Below, piece after piece: positions 25,050 through 37,285 of a DNA stretch of 64,000 nucleotides. Position 1 is the stretch's first letter, and each line of letters opens with the position of its first letter. Origin of the DNA: Octopus sinensis (Eukaryota); contig NC_043008.1 of the NCBI RefSeq assembly GCF_006345805.1, positions 53,568,001-53,632,000 of the forward strand. The letters are read 5' to 3'. The notes under the pieces were generated by a model, which searched no databases, was not told the origin of the DNA, and was given only the letters and a program-made list of their open reading frames with translations. Both the position numbers and the translations under genes were made by a program.

Positions 25050-25278
25050 GGCGGCGAGCTGGCAGAAACGTTAGCGCGCCGGGCGAAATACTTAGCGGTA
25101 TTTCGTCTGTCGTTACGGTCTGAGTTCAAATTCCGCCGAGGTCGACTTTGCTTTTCATCCTTTCGGGGTCGATAAATAAAATACCAGCTTCGCACGGGGG
25201 TCGATGTAATCGACTTAATCCCTTTGTCTGTCCTTGTTTGCCCCCTCTATGTTTAGCCCCTTGTGAGTAGTAAAGAAA
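25050..25278 (+). mobile_element. Family B SINE, best-preserved copy
   Basis: GGCGG...CCGCC acceptor-like stem, A box TGGCAGAAACG, B box GAGTTCAAATTC, then GTCGACTTTGCTTTTCATCCTTTCGGGGTCGATAAA. Confidence 0.9.
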
Positions 25279-25297
25279 AGAATATATATATATATAT

Positions 25298-25350
25298 ATG
25301 GCCACAGCTCATTAGCTGAAACTGGAAAAATCAAAAATCAATCAAAATCA
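25298..25350 (+). mobile_element. Extreme 3' end of a sister CR1-group LINE/SINE
   Basis: ATGGCCA-CAGCT-CATT-AGCTG-AAAC followed by (AAAATC)n-like repeats; same stem-loop frame as the LINE tail at 4357-4370. Confidence 0.6.
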
Positions 25351-25440
25351 TATAAATATATATATATATATCCCCAGACATAAAAAATTGTTTTAACACA
25401 CGAATCCACATAAAGAATCTTACAAAACAGATAAAAAGCG

Positions 25441-25486
<46 letters not shown>

Positions 25487-26044
25487 GATATATGCATATA
25501 TGTATGCATATATACATATATACAAATACATATATACATATAAATATATACATATACATATATACAGACACACACAATCACATATGTATATGTTTGTATA
25601 TGCACAGTATGGTGATGTAAACAGGAAGAATGGAACTCAAAACTTATGAAGATTTTTTATCAATATTTAGCAGAAGCAACAGAGTGACTCACGGGCTGAG
25701 AGTTTCGTACGTCGGTACTTTAGTGCCAACGCACAAAACTCTTAACTCTATATATACATATACATAATATATATACATGTATAAATATATATATATATAT
25801 GCATATATGTATGCATATATACATATATATGTATATATATATATATATATATATTTAGCGTGTATAGACACAGACAGTGTGTCTATAGCCAGCCGGAGGA
25901 GGTGTCTTCCTGGGGCTACAAACTACAGTAGCATCCACCTTAGGGGTTAGCCATATTCAAATGGCAAATATACGTCACGATGTGTTGCTGCTACTGTTTA
26001 TAACTCGCTCTGAGATTTATCATTGTTTATATATATATATATAT

Positions 26045-26075
<31 letters not shown>

Positions 26076-26519
26076 CATACTAATACACAAACATATAAAC
26101 GTGTATATATATGTGGAGAGGGAGAGAATGTGAGAGAGCGAGAGAGAGAGAGAATTCTATAGTTAAGATGGCCGTAATATTTCTAAAATAGTGATGGTGA
26201 TATAGTGATGGTGGTACCGGTGATTGTTCCAGATCGTAATTTAACGAGCTGATACATTAATCGAAATCCTTCCAGCTGTCACGTTGTCTCTTTTTTCTTT
26301 TCTGTTTTTTTTTTTCACGTATGATGGTGACTGTAACTGAAGCCGTCATCTTCTATATTAAAAATGATGTTATAGAAATAAATGTCTTTATGAATAACAC
26401 ACCGATAAGTCGTGAACGTTTTACACGTTTCCTTTCGTTTGTTAAGGATACAAAAGGCACAACCTTATTAATCCTGTCACACTAGGACCGTAGCACATGA
26501 TACTCTTGATGAAAGAAGA

Positions 26520-27180
26520 GAAAGGACAGCGGCGGCGACGACCAGGAGGAGTTGGGTGAGGAAAGAAGAAAAAGGATGGGCAGGAGGAGGAGGATGTGGA
26601 TGTGGAAGAAGGAGGAAAGATAGAGGAGAAGGAAAGAAAAGACAGAAACGGAAGAAGAGGGAGAAAAGGAAGAAGAGAAAGAAAAGGAAGGAGGGGAAGA
26701 AAAGGAAGAAAGTAAGAAGAGGAAGAAGAAGAAGAAGGATAAGAAGAAGGATAAGAAGAAAAAGAAGGATTAGAAGAAGAAGGAGAAGAAGAAGAAGAAG
26801 AAGAAGGAGGAGGAGGAGGAGGAGGAGGGGGAGGACGACGACGACGACGGCGACGAGTGAACGGAGGAAATAGGAACAGAAAAGGAAAGAGAAAAGAAAT
26901 GGAGTAAGAAGAGGAAGAAGTAAAAGTAAAATTAGAAGGAGAGGAGAAGAAAGGAGAAGAAGATGGAGGCGGAAGTTGAAGAAAAAGAAGGAAGAAGTGA
27001 AGGAGAAGAAGAAGAAGTGAGGAGGAACGGAAAGAGCGAAGAAAAGCAGAAAAAGCAGAAGAAAGACAAGAAAAAGAAAAAGATGAAGAAGAGTATTAAT
27101 AACATAGGAAAGAGCAAAATGACAAAAGCAACAGCAATGACATCAACAGCAGCAACAACATGAACAACAAGAATAACAAC
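26520..27180. repeat. Polypurine (GAA/GGA) low-complexity tract ending in (AAC/AGC)n
   Basis: Directly visible. Confidence 0.92.
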
Positions 27181-27398
27181 AAAATACGACTTGAAAAGAA
27201 TGAACTAAAGCAGGAGCCTTGACAGGGTTCGCTCGCCCTCCTCAAAATCACATCGCAACCATCTTCAGCCTTTAAAGGATGGACATTATCAGTCGGTGTT
27301 TCATTACAGAATATTGGCCATCATCAGTTTTGACGTCTCAAAAAGTGTACATGGATACGGCCATATCCATGTACCTTAAAGGAAAGTGGATATTTTAT

Positions 27399-27612
27399 GG
27401 CACTAAGCTGGCAGAATCGTTAGCACGCCAGGCAAGGTGCTTAGAAGCATTTGGTCCGGTTTTACGTTCCGAGCTCAAATTCCGTCGATGTCAACTTTGC
27501 CTTTCATCCCTGTCGGGGCCCATGAAATAAGTACCAGTTGAGCAGTGGTGTCAATGTAGTTGAATTACCCACTTACTCGAAATTGTTGGCTTTGAGCCAG
27601 AATTTGACACCA
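27399..27612 (+). mobile_element. Family B SINE, diverged
   Basis: AGCTGGCAGAATCGTTAGCACGCC...CTCAAATTCCG...AAATAAGTACCAGTT. Confidence 0.85.
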
Positions 27613-28020
27613 ACATTTTATGGCACTTTTCGACGATGAAATTGTAAATTTTATTGTGCTAAAACTAACAATTATTGTAATTTTTGTATTTAATTAAAGT
27701 GAAAATAAGTATAAAAATTATCCTTAAGATAAAGAGCTACTGTTTTTTTCTTTGCCCGTTTGGCATACGCATTCGTGTAACCCTCTCGCGCCGTTTAAAG
27801 CTTAATAACGAAGGGAAATATCAGAATATGAATTCTTCTTTATCCTTTAAAATGATCGCGACTAGAACACTTTTGGTTATAGGTGAACCCCGAGTTGATT
27901 TGGAGATAAAGAGTATCAACAACTATAAGATAGGAATAACGAATAATAATAATAATAACAATAACAATGGTTTAAAATTTTGCAACGTGTGTACTTGGGT
28001 GCCTTGGTGTGTGATTTTTG

Positions 28021-28183
28021 ATTATTTTATTAAAGCCGCAAACAAACTTCACTAAACTGTTATTTAGAGTTTCACGAGACCATTCATCTCACAATTGTAG
28101 TAATGGCTATTGTCTGATGAATGGTCACGTGAAAATCTGAGTGACAGTTTTGTGAAGTTTGCTTGCGGCTTTGATAAAATAGT
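28021..28183. repeat. 75-bp inverted repeat built from two divergent-facing hammerhead-bearing copies
   Basis: 28021-28095 pairs with 28109-28183; right arm AUUGU-CUGAUGA-AUGGUCACGU-GAAAAUCUGAGUG-ACAGU. Confidence 0.85.
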
Positions 28184-28599
28184 ATGTGTGTGTGTTTGTG
28201 TTGCTTTCAATAATCGACCAATTAGTTAAATAGATTCAACTACTTACTATCTTATTTTTATGGCATGTAATTTTATTTATCGTAGTTTATATACAATAAT
28301 ATCATTAATTATAGGTTCCCAGCGGTCTAATCGTCCGTTGATAGCATATCTGATGGTGTAAAGAAGGCGTGTCAATAATACGGAGTACATTAATTGACTT
28401 CGATCTTGAAGTATCAGCCTTTCCGTCCTCTCGAGGGCATTTGCGTACACACAAATATTTGATAACTACATTATTTTATGGACCCTTGCTAGTCAAAAAG
28501 TAAAGTAGAACCTGGCGAGACATGAATTTGAACTCGTAAAGGACAGGAGCTTAATACAACAAGGCATTTTCGTATCACACCGACAAGGCCACATTTAAG

Positions 28600-28633
<34 letters not shown>

Positions 28634-28658
28634 CTGTATACCTTGTTATTTAATCCAT

Positions 28659-28741
<83 letters not shown>

Positions 28742-29033
28742 CACACACATATATATACATATATATAATCGTTTGCCTTGTTATTTAATCCTTAGAAGAT
28801 GTAGTGAATGGTGTTTACAAAGCAAGAGGCCGAATGGCCAAACGGATCGATAGACATTATCACTCATGGCTTGCCTCATGCAGATGTAGAGTGGTGTGAG
28901 TGTAGTGAGTAGAGACAAATGGATTCTCACTAATCTCCACAGCTAATTGTTCAGCATTCTCAACGTTGTATCTATTTAGGCTGATATATCGAGGATATTA
29001 AGTGATATAGTAAGGTATTACACACACATATAC

Positions 29034-29079
<46 letters not shown>

Positions 29080-29099
29080 AATGTATTATATATATTATA

Positions 29100-29166
<67 letters not shown>

Positions 29167-29439
29167 GTCTGTATGCATGTATGTATGTATGATTCTATAT
29201 ACATGGTCGTGAGATTGTGTGTAAGTTTGTAAGGATGTATGTAAGTTTGTGTGTACATAAATGTGTATATATGAATATATATATATATATATATGTATAT
29301 ATATGTTTGTATGTATATATATATGTAAATGTATATATGTATATGTATATATATGTTTGCATGTATATATGGATATATAAACACACACATTAAGATAAGA
29401 GAATGATGTAGTGATATTTAGAGTACTTATATGCATATG

Positions 29440-29471
<32 letters not shown>

Positions 29472-29739
29472 TGTATTTATGTGTGTCTGTGTGTTTGTGT
29501 TTGTGTGGCTGTGCGTGTGTGTTTGCGTGTGTTTGTGTGTGAGTGTGTATAAACATATACATATATAATGCGTCTTATCAAAATCAATTCAGCTGCTGAC
29601 ACGTTTTATAGCTTAGAAGCTTCACTATTAGTTTTCTGAATATTTTTCTGACTGGCATTTCCCATTTACTTTACGTGTAAGTGTCAGCGCAAGTTATAAA
29701 AACAACTCGCCATTATTACATGGAAAAGCGTTGCAGTCA

Positions 29740-30165
29740 GATTCTTTAGGGATTGCTTTAAAATCAATATTGATAATAGAATAAATCATCTCCAGTTATC
29801 CATCTCCTTAGCAACATTAACTGCCACATGTGCTCTACACAAACACTATGTAGTTCAGACGCAAGGAATTCATTTATGATTCTGGAGTTGATTTAACTTT
29901 GAAGGAGAAACTGGAAACGGAGAGCCGAGGCCTGTTGATAGCCTGATATTCTTCCATATTACTGCTGGACAAAATGATTTGAGTCGATAAATATTTACCG
30001 TCACCACAAAAGGCCATATTGCATATAGATTAACACTTTGGAAATTTTCTGCCATGTGAAATATTTACCTTGTAAATCATTGCACCAGGCTAAATAAGTG
30101 TCAGGCAAATGTCTCTTTTGTTTGATAGGTTTCTGGGATTAGCAGTAAAACAATGGGAAACTTTG
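29740..30165 (-). pseudogene. Highly decayed LINE AP-endonuclease fragment (CR1-like)
   Basis: Minus strand CFTANPRNLSNK..., VIWKNIRL..., ITGD/(frameshift)INIDF echo the 'YTNARSL.NK', 'VW..I' and 'GDFN..IDW' motifs in order. Confidence 0.45.
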
Positions 30166-31059
30166 ATTATTAATGAGGTTCATTATTGAATCCTACGTTT
30201 TTGCAACAGATGTGTCAGAAATTAATAGAAGCGGGGAAAATTTTTAAGGAACTAATTATAGAGAACGTGTATGACTGGACTGATAATGTACCCAGGTGGT
30301 AAATTTTCCTATTTCGATTGGATTTTTGGCCGAAGTAATAGGTGGCGAGTAAGGTGTGATCCACTCGATATAGGACGCAAAGGATTTGCAGGCTAGTTTA
30401 TCTGCAGAGCTTTCAGCATGGTTAGCATCACAGGAGTTTGTAAGCAGTAAGCCATCTTGCTGGCTGTGGAGGCAACAGAGGTTGTCTCAAGGTGGTTGTT
30501 GATCAGAATGTGAAAGCCCTGAAAGGAACATTGGTGCCAGCAATCATGCTAAAGAGACACAAGGTGGGGCTGGATCAAACCCAAATGGGTAAACTAGGGG
30601 AGGCTGTCCAAATTTGAAAGAATCCAAATACCTAATGGCGCCAAGTGGCCGGAAGTATGTAGATGCAGTCAACTTCGAAGGCAACAATAAATATTGGAAA
30701 GAAAGAAAAAAAAAATAATAAAATAAATTTCGTTTCCAAAGGAAGTCGAAATCTTAAAAGGGAAGATGTTGTGGCGAGAGTCACGACACACTTTGCAGGA
30801 ACAGACTTGACTGAACAACTATAAATAGTAGTGTTCTGAGTAAGAGACGCAGAGTAGGCGTTAATCGTTTTTGTTTAAAGCCTTGTGATTCGGTTGAGTA
30901 TTCTTGTTTACCTGATTGTTGAAGGCTTAGTGCCTATTGTTGAATTTTGTTGAAGACTGTTGCCGTTTTGTCTGCGGGCCTGTGTATTTGTTTGTTTTCT
31001 TTCCACCATTTAGGAGCGAAGAGACTTGGAAAAAATGAATAGCGAACCGGAACGAGTCC

Positions 31060-31940
31060 ATGCCGGGAGCTATGCTTCGGCGACGAAAACGCTGGAGGTG
31101 CGTGAAGTATGAATTGAAAGGAAGAATTTGGAGTGTTGTAAGGAACTGATCCAAAAAGAGAAGTCAAGTTTAAGGTCCACCCCTCCAGAGGAATTAACCA
31201 GAAGAATGAGGAGGACAGTGGTGTACAGAACGCCGTACATAACCAATAAAATAGAGATGGCATCAGAGGAAGCCATTGAGAAATGTATGGAAGACGTGAA
31301 GAGTGCCGTGAAATTCTACACTAGAGGGAGAAGATATGGCACAGTGGAGGTAGGTGAGGTTTGTCACCGAAGAAGAAGCAATAAATCACTCCACTGTGCC
31401 ACTGAGATCACAAGAATAGGTGCTCCTGCCGATCTATTGCGACAAAAGAGTTGCAAGAATTAGAATCAGCAGAGTGCCACCTGAAATCTAAGAAGCATGA
31501 CTGGTGACAACCGTGATGTACGGAATCAAAGAGAACGCAAAGTTAATCTAAGTTGCAAGAACGAAGAAAATGAATTGTTGGGGTACGGCTTGGAAATGGT
31601 TATCCAGGCCACCCAGCAAGACTTGAATGAAATAGCAAAAGAGGTGCTGTTGCCTGAAGATACAAACCTGGGAGATGTGGTAGAGGGGCACATTAAAATA
31701 AAGTACCCCCAGATAAGTAGTGAAACTACAGAGAACCAGGAAGAACGTAGGCGTACTGTAACGGCAGCCCAAGCCCAAGATGAGGGTATGGAAGAAATAG
31801 AGGAGGAGGGATTCGCCGAATTATCGAAAAGGGAAAGAAAGGATACTGTGAAAACACCCCCTATATGTACAAAGAAGAAGAGGAATAGCAAAACAGAGGA
31901 GATTATACAGCAAGCAGACAACACAAAAAGTTCGAAATAG
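31060..31940 (+). pseudogene. Frameshifted non-LTR retrotransposon ORF1-like (gag-like) remnant
   Basis: SYASATK..., EEAIEKCMEDVKSAVKFYTRGRRYGTVEV/(fs)RFVTEEEA...LLPIYCDKRVARIRISRVPPEI*; intronless with stops, acidic/basic C-terminal tail. Family assignment is inference. Confidence 0.5.
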
Positions 31941-32048
31941 AGGGAGTTAATCAGGGAACTTTTCGATATTAGGAAGATAATAAAAAAGTGTTGGGAATGA
32001 TTAGGTTTTGTTAATTCAACATGATTTTGTTTTGGTAGAGTAAAATAT

Positions 32049-32377
32049 TAGAAATGGTTCAGATTAGATTTATATTTTTCAATGAGGTAAGTTTCTTTAT
32101 TTAAAAATGCTAGAAATGGTTAAGTTTTGGTTTACATTTTTCAATGAAGTAGGTTTCCTTATTTAATTTAACTTGTGTTGGTGTTCCAATTGGACATTGA
32201 TAGAAAGGTAAGATTACAAATTGTGGTAGCAGTTGTTTTGCGCATCTCTCAATGTGTTCAGTAAAGGGTATCATTCTGTATTCTGGGAATGCAATCTGCT
32301 GTCCGTGTAGATGGCATCTGCGTCTGGACAATAATCCGGTAGACCCTATGTAACTCTGGTGGCAGGCTGAGTATCTT

Positions 32378-32380
<3 letters not shown>
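32049..32380 (-). pseudogene. Penelope-like GIY-YIG endonuclease C-terminal fragment
   Basis: VIRYSACHQSYIGSTG...RR..LHGQQI..PEYRMIPFTEHIERC...FVILPFY...KETYFIEKCKPKLN*; last 56 bp are duplicated at 32049-32104. Confidence 0.88.
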
Positions 32381-32466
<86 letters not shown>

Positions 32467-32467
<1 letters not shown>

Positions 32468-32629
32468 CGGCGGGCTTCTTTCAGTTTCCGTCTATCAAAT
32501 CCACTCACATGGCTTTGGTCGGCTCGAAGTTATATTAGAAGACACTTGCCCAAGGTGCCACGCAGTGAGACTGAACCCGGAATCATACGGTTGGGAAGCA
32601 AGCTTCTTACCACAGACCCATTCCTGCGC
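32467..32629 (-). mobile_element. Family A SINE, 5' half
   Basis: Reverse complement of the family A head up to the internal microsatellite. Confidence 0.9.
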
Positions 32630-32748
32630 TTATGGTTAATATATGTTTGCCTTTGATGAAAGTTCTCTTCTTGCACAACTGCAATTTGGAGCGTATACAA
32701 CGCCCTGGACTCTGGTTTGGTCAACGTAGTATTTTTCTTCATAGACAG

Positions 32749-32784
32749 GACTACGACTTCGACTGTGTTTGACCTCATCAGGTC
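32749..32784 (-). ncRNA. Decayed minimal hammerhead-like motif
   Basis: GAC-CUGAUGA-GGUCAAACACAGUC-GAAGUC-GUA-GUC; GAAA altered. Confidence 0.45.
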
Positions 32785-32799
32785 AGGTCTGGTATAGTT

Positions 32800-33000
32800 A
32801 TCTTTTACCTTGTTCTTGATTCAGGAACTAGACTGCGATCATCCTGTAGCACAACCTTTAAGTGTTTACTCGGACAAATTTATCCATCTGATACTTATTC
32901 TATCTGCTACTTTTGCCGAACCACTCATTTACTGAGGGGTATACCAGCCCACATCGGTTGTCAAGCGGTGTGGTGGGGACAAAACACACACACACACAGA
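32800..33000 (-). mobile_element. Family A SINE, diverged 3' half
   Basis: TTTTGCCGAACC...CATCGGTTGTCAAGCG...GGGGACAAA. Confidence 0.75.
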
Positions 33001-33198
33001 TATGACAAATCTATAGGCTTGCACCTATAGAATAATTAAAATAACTTTTGACAGTATTTTCCTCGAATCAGGATGACGCTCCAATTTTTAATGATATTGT
33101 CTTCCTTTCCATCATGTTAAATATTTATCCGATAAATGTCTAAAAGGTGTGTAGATTAATCAACCGAGATTACAAATACGAATAGAGCGTGTATATCG

Positions 33199-33232
<34 letters not shown>

Positions 33233-33241
<9 letters not shown>

Positions 33242-33347
33242 AACTCACACACACATGTATATAAGTGTGCGTGTATATATATATAAAAGCACATAGTTTT
33301 GTGTGTCTGTGTCTGTGTACATATATACATACAATCATACATGTATG

Positions 33348-33393
<46 letters not shown>

Positions 33394-33521
33394 ATATATA
33401 ATATATATATACATAAACTCACACACACATGTATATAAGTGTGCGTGTATATATATATAAAAGCACATAGTTTTGTGTGTCTGTGTCTGTGTACATATAT
33501 ACATACAATCATACATGTATG

Positions 33522-33540
<19 letters not shown>
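33233..33540. repeat. Near-exact tandem duplication of about 125 bp between (TA)n tracts
   Basis: CATAAACTCACACACACATG...CAATCATACATG occurs twice. Confidence 0.9.
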
Positions 33541-33581
<41 letters not shown>

Positions 33582-33624
33582 ATCCGAAATGTATAGTATT
33601 AAATATCCATCACGACTGGTCTTA

Positions 33625-33703
33625 CTAATCGGTTTCCTGTAAAGAATACAACGGAGTTTTCGGTAACAAACCGATTATATAACTTTACGCACATCAGAGT
33701 TAG
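33625..33703 (-). ncRNA. Decayed hammerhead-like motif with long stem II, inverted relative to the adjacent Penelope fragment
   Basis: CUGAUGU-GC-GUAAAG...CUUUAC-AG-GAAACCGAUUA. Confidence 0.45.
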
Positions 33704-33780
33704 CTGATACGGAAGGGAATATGGCAACTACTCTTTATTGTCGGGGGATGTCACTTGATTGGGTATGATGTGAAGCCGGC

Positions 33781-34110
33781 AAGTATGTGGGGCAGTAAAA
33801 GCCCCTTCAGAACCCGCTTTAATAACCACAAGTCTTCATTCAACATCCCAGAGAGAAGTAACGCTACAACCCTAGCCAAGCACATCTGGACTTTGAAATA
33901 AAGCGTCACAGAGTACAGCATAAAGTGGAAGATCCTAGAAAGCTACAAACGTATTTCAATAGCAGCAGGAAGAGCAGATTATGCCTGGCTGAGGCGAGAG
34001 CTATTTTAAAAGGTACCCAACGCCCGGATGTTTACCTGAATAGCAGGAGTGAGGTGTTTAATCCTTGCCTGCATGAAAGGAAATATATTCTATCGTACCT
34101 GCGCGCCTAA
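33781..34110 (+). pseudogene. Penelope-like (Neptune-type) GIY-YIG endonuclease C-terminal fragment
   Basis: KYVG/(fs)PFRTRFNNHKSSF...NATTLAKHIWTLK*...YSIKWKIL/(fs)...RLCLAEARAI...LNSRSEVFNPCLHERKY. Confidence 0.88.
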
Positions 34111-34366
34111 TCGTGGCTGCAATCACAGGTCGACCTTCCGCAAACGACATCCACCAATGCCATTGGGCCCAGCAAAAAAAGTTTGATGAAAGCACACACC
34201 AAGGTACCCATGTATACACACGCACACATCCCTAGAAGGCGGACACGCACACGTCCCTATAAAGTAGATATCCCACAAAATAAACTGTCTCCCGCGCCAA
34301 CACATACCCCTTCGCATAAATTGTACTCCCACATATACACAGACCTCCCCCCACACACACGTTACA

Positions 34367-34564
34367 CACTGCAAAATTTGGAGGGAAGGAATGAGTCGAT
34401 TACATCGACCCCAATTGTTCAACAGGTACATATTTTATCGAATCCGAAAAAGATGAACGGCAAAGTCGACCTCAGCGGAATTTGAATTCAGAACGTAAGG
34501 ACGGATGAAATATGGTTAAGCATTTTATCCGTCGTGCTAATGATTCTGCCAACTCGCCGCCTTA

Positions 34565-34615
<51 letters not shown>

Positions 34616-35140
34616 CTCAAATTTTTGCACAAGGCCAGTAATTTCAGTGAAGGGGTAAGTCGATTACATTGACCCCGGTCCTTAACTGGTACTTATTTTA
34701 TCGACCCCTAAATGGTGAAAAGCAAAGTGGACCTCGGTGTAATTTAATCTGAGAACGTGAAGACGGAAGAAATAGCGCTAAATATGTTTTCTTTTTTAGT
34801 TTCAGTGTGAGGTCGGCGATTTTTGAGGAGAGGGCATTAGTCGATTACAGACAGCACACTTCTTGACAGTTACTTTGTTTTTCACTCAAGAGGGAAGAAA
34901 GATGGAGGTAACCAATGAGCAATTTTGACTCAGAGTGTAAAGAGTTAGACCACCATAAAGAGTTATTTCGAAAATGACAAAAATTTCACGGGGAAACAGC
35001 CGCCAGTCACAGAGATCCACAATATGATTTGTGTCTATTTTGTTGATTCTAAAAGCAAACGGAAAGGCAAGTTTGATATTCGAGAGATTGGAACTCAGAA
35101 CATGAAACGCTTCATCTAAATACTGTAAAGTATATTGTCT
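34367..35140 (-). mobile_element. Cluster of four same-orientation family B SINEs of increasing decay, with (AAT)n at 34566-34614
   Basis: Repeated AAAGTCGACCTC.GCGGAATTTGAA.TCAGAACGT-like blocks near 34460, 34722, 34920 and 35066. Confidence 0.8.
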
Positions 35141-35492
35141 AAAGCTCTACCCATTGAAAACCCTCGGTGGTCATATGTAGGCATAATCGGTTCTGACCTA
35201 GAGTTACAGAACAAGAACAGCAAACCCATTTTTAATATTATCTCTATGCAAACATCAAAAGCAATATCAGGTGTTTACGTTGCATACATCAAAAGAAGAG
35301 ATGAGAGCTCGAAAAATGCCAGACTGTTATAAATGCCTGACATTTACAACACATATTATAGTCGTTGTATGGGTTTGGTGAATCTTCATACATAACCATT
35401 GCCCAATAACAACAGCATTCCTTACAGCTTTTGTTGATTTAAGTAGGTGTTAGATAAATTTCTTGCCAGAGAAAAAGAAGGGATGTTGAATA

Positions 35493-35617
35493 ACACGAAG
35501 AAGCCTCGACGCAGTCCCGATAGAGCATCGGAGCAAGCTCGACGCAGCTTCGACGCAGCCGTGGCGCAGCCTCGAAGAATCCGTGACGCAGCCTCGATGA
35601 AGCCGCGACTCAGCCTC
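35493..35617. repeat. CpG-rich 11-bp minisatellite, about 11 units, consensus CCTCGACGCAG
   Basis: Exact 11-bp phase from 35504 to 35613 with no indels. Confidence 0.9.
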
Positions 35618-35734
35618 TCGGCCTGCTATATAGGATAGCCAAATATCCCTCAAATTACCCTATGAATTCTGGGGAAAAATAAGATACATTTGGTTAATAT
35701 TGTATTACATACACTATGTCACAAAACAAAGCAG

Positions 35735-35865
35735 ACTTATTCTATCGATCCCGAAAGGTTGAATAGACTAAGTCAACCGCGGCAGATTTGAACTGGGAAC
35801 GTAAATAGACGGAGAAAGGACGCTGAGCATTTCGTCCGGTGTTCTTACGATTCTGCTTAATCACC
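35735..35865 (-). mobile_element. Family B SINE, diverged partial copy
   Basis: TATCGATCCCGAAAGG...GTCAACCGCGGCAGATTTGAACT. Confidence 0.75.
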
Positions 35866-36336
35866 AATAGTAAAAACAACTACAGGATTATCGATCCCAA
35901 TGGATGGTGGTAAAAGCTTTATTAGATAGTAATGATAAACAAAAGTGTGGAAAAAAAAAGAAAAACAGATTTCGAATACAAAGTATTATGTTATTGATTT
36001 AATATAACCAATGAAATCTAAGTATCACCTGATCGATCTAAATTTCGTGATTCTGAATAGTAAATAAGATTATTTAATTTTTCTATTATATTAGCTAAAC
36101 ATATTTCCATGACAACCAATCGTGTTCATATTTGCCCATTTTTCAAAAATTTTACAGGTGACAAAATTAGACAATGTTTTCGTAATGTACGTTGTTTTCG
36201 AAAGATTATTTACAAAGATAGGAATGTTGATAACGTGAAGTATGGGCGATATTTTATTATCTATAATGTTTAATATCTCTCTGATAACAGAACTTGAACG
36301 AAGAGAACAGAATAAAACAATAACAAAATCATGATA

Positions 36337-36370
<34 letters not shown>

Positions 36371-36846
36371 TATTATTATTATTATTAATTTTATGGTTGA
36401 GAACGTAAAATTAAATCAAAATTCCGCCATATATACGGCAAAAATATGACAAACAAACTATACTTTCATTATAATATAAACAAATAGTAGATAGAGCTTC
36501 TACTAATTTTCTTATCGCTTCCCAAATAGTATTAACTTATCACTGATTTTTTTTTGCTTCGTAACACACACACACACACGCACACACACACACACACATA
36601 TATATATACATGTATGTACATATATATATAGGCACAGAAGTGGATCTGTGGTAAGAAGCTTGCTTACCAGCCACGTGGTCCTAGGTTCAGTCCCAAGCAT
36701 GCCTATACCACGGCATAACTTCATGCTTATATATCAGTGGTACAGGTTACAAAGCTGAGGCAGTATACAAGCTGTTGACTAAGTAGGTAGCGATATGAAG
36801 ATAGAATAGGGTGGTATAGATAAATATGGCTGATCTAAAACTATAT

Positions 36847-37054
36847 TCTTTACTCTTTTACTTGTTTCAGTAATTTCACTGCGGTCATACTGGAGCACCG
36901 CCTTTAGTCGAGCAAATCGACCCCGGGACTTATTCTTTGTAAGCCCAGTACTTATTCTATCGGTCTCTTTTTGCCGAACCGCTAAGTTACGGGGACATGA
37001 ACACACCAGCATCGGTTGTCAAGCGATGTTGGTGGGACAAACACAGACACACAA

Positions 37055-37093
<39 letters not shown>

Positions 37094-37258
37094 CATGACA
37101 GGCTTCTTTCAGTTTCCGTCTACCAAATCCACTCACCCGGCTTTGGTCGGCCCGAGGCTATAGTAGAAGACACTTGCCCAAAGTGCCACGCAGTGGGACT
37201 GAACCCGGAACCATATGTTCGGTAAGCAAGCTACTTACCACACAGCCACTCCTGTGCC
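36847..37258 (-). mobile_element. Family A SINE, full length (a 5' fragment also lies at 36630-36695 +)
   Basis: Complete reverse-complement match from head to tail. Confidence 0.92.
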
Positions 37259-37285
37259 TCCTCAACCTACAACAACTTTATCACA

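Noticed and set aside
26556-26873. Arg/Lys-rich protamine-like ORF
   Set aside because: GTG start inside a polypurine GAA/GGA tract; arginine codons are almost all AGA/AGG from the repeat.
35493-35617. CRISPR-like periodicity
   Set aside because: Contiguous 11-bp units with no spacers, eukaryotic context, no cas genes.
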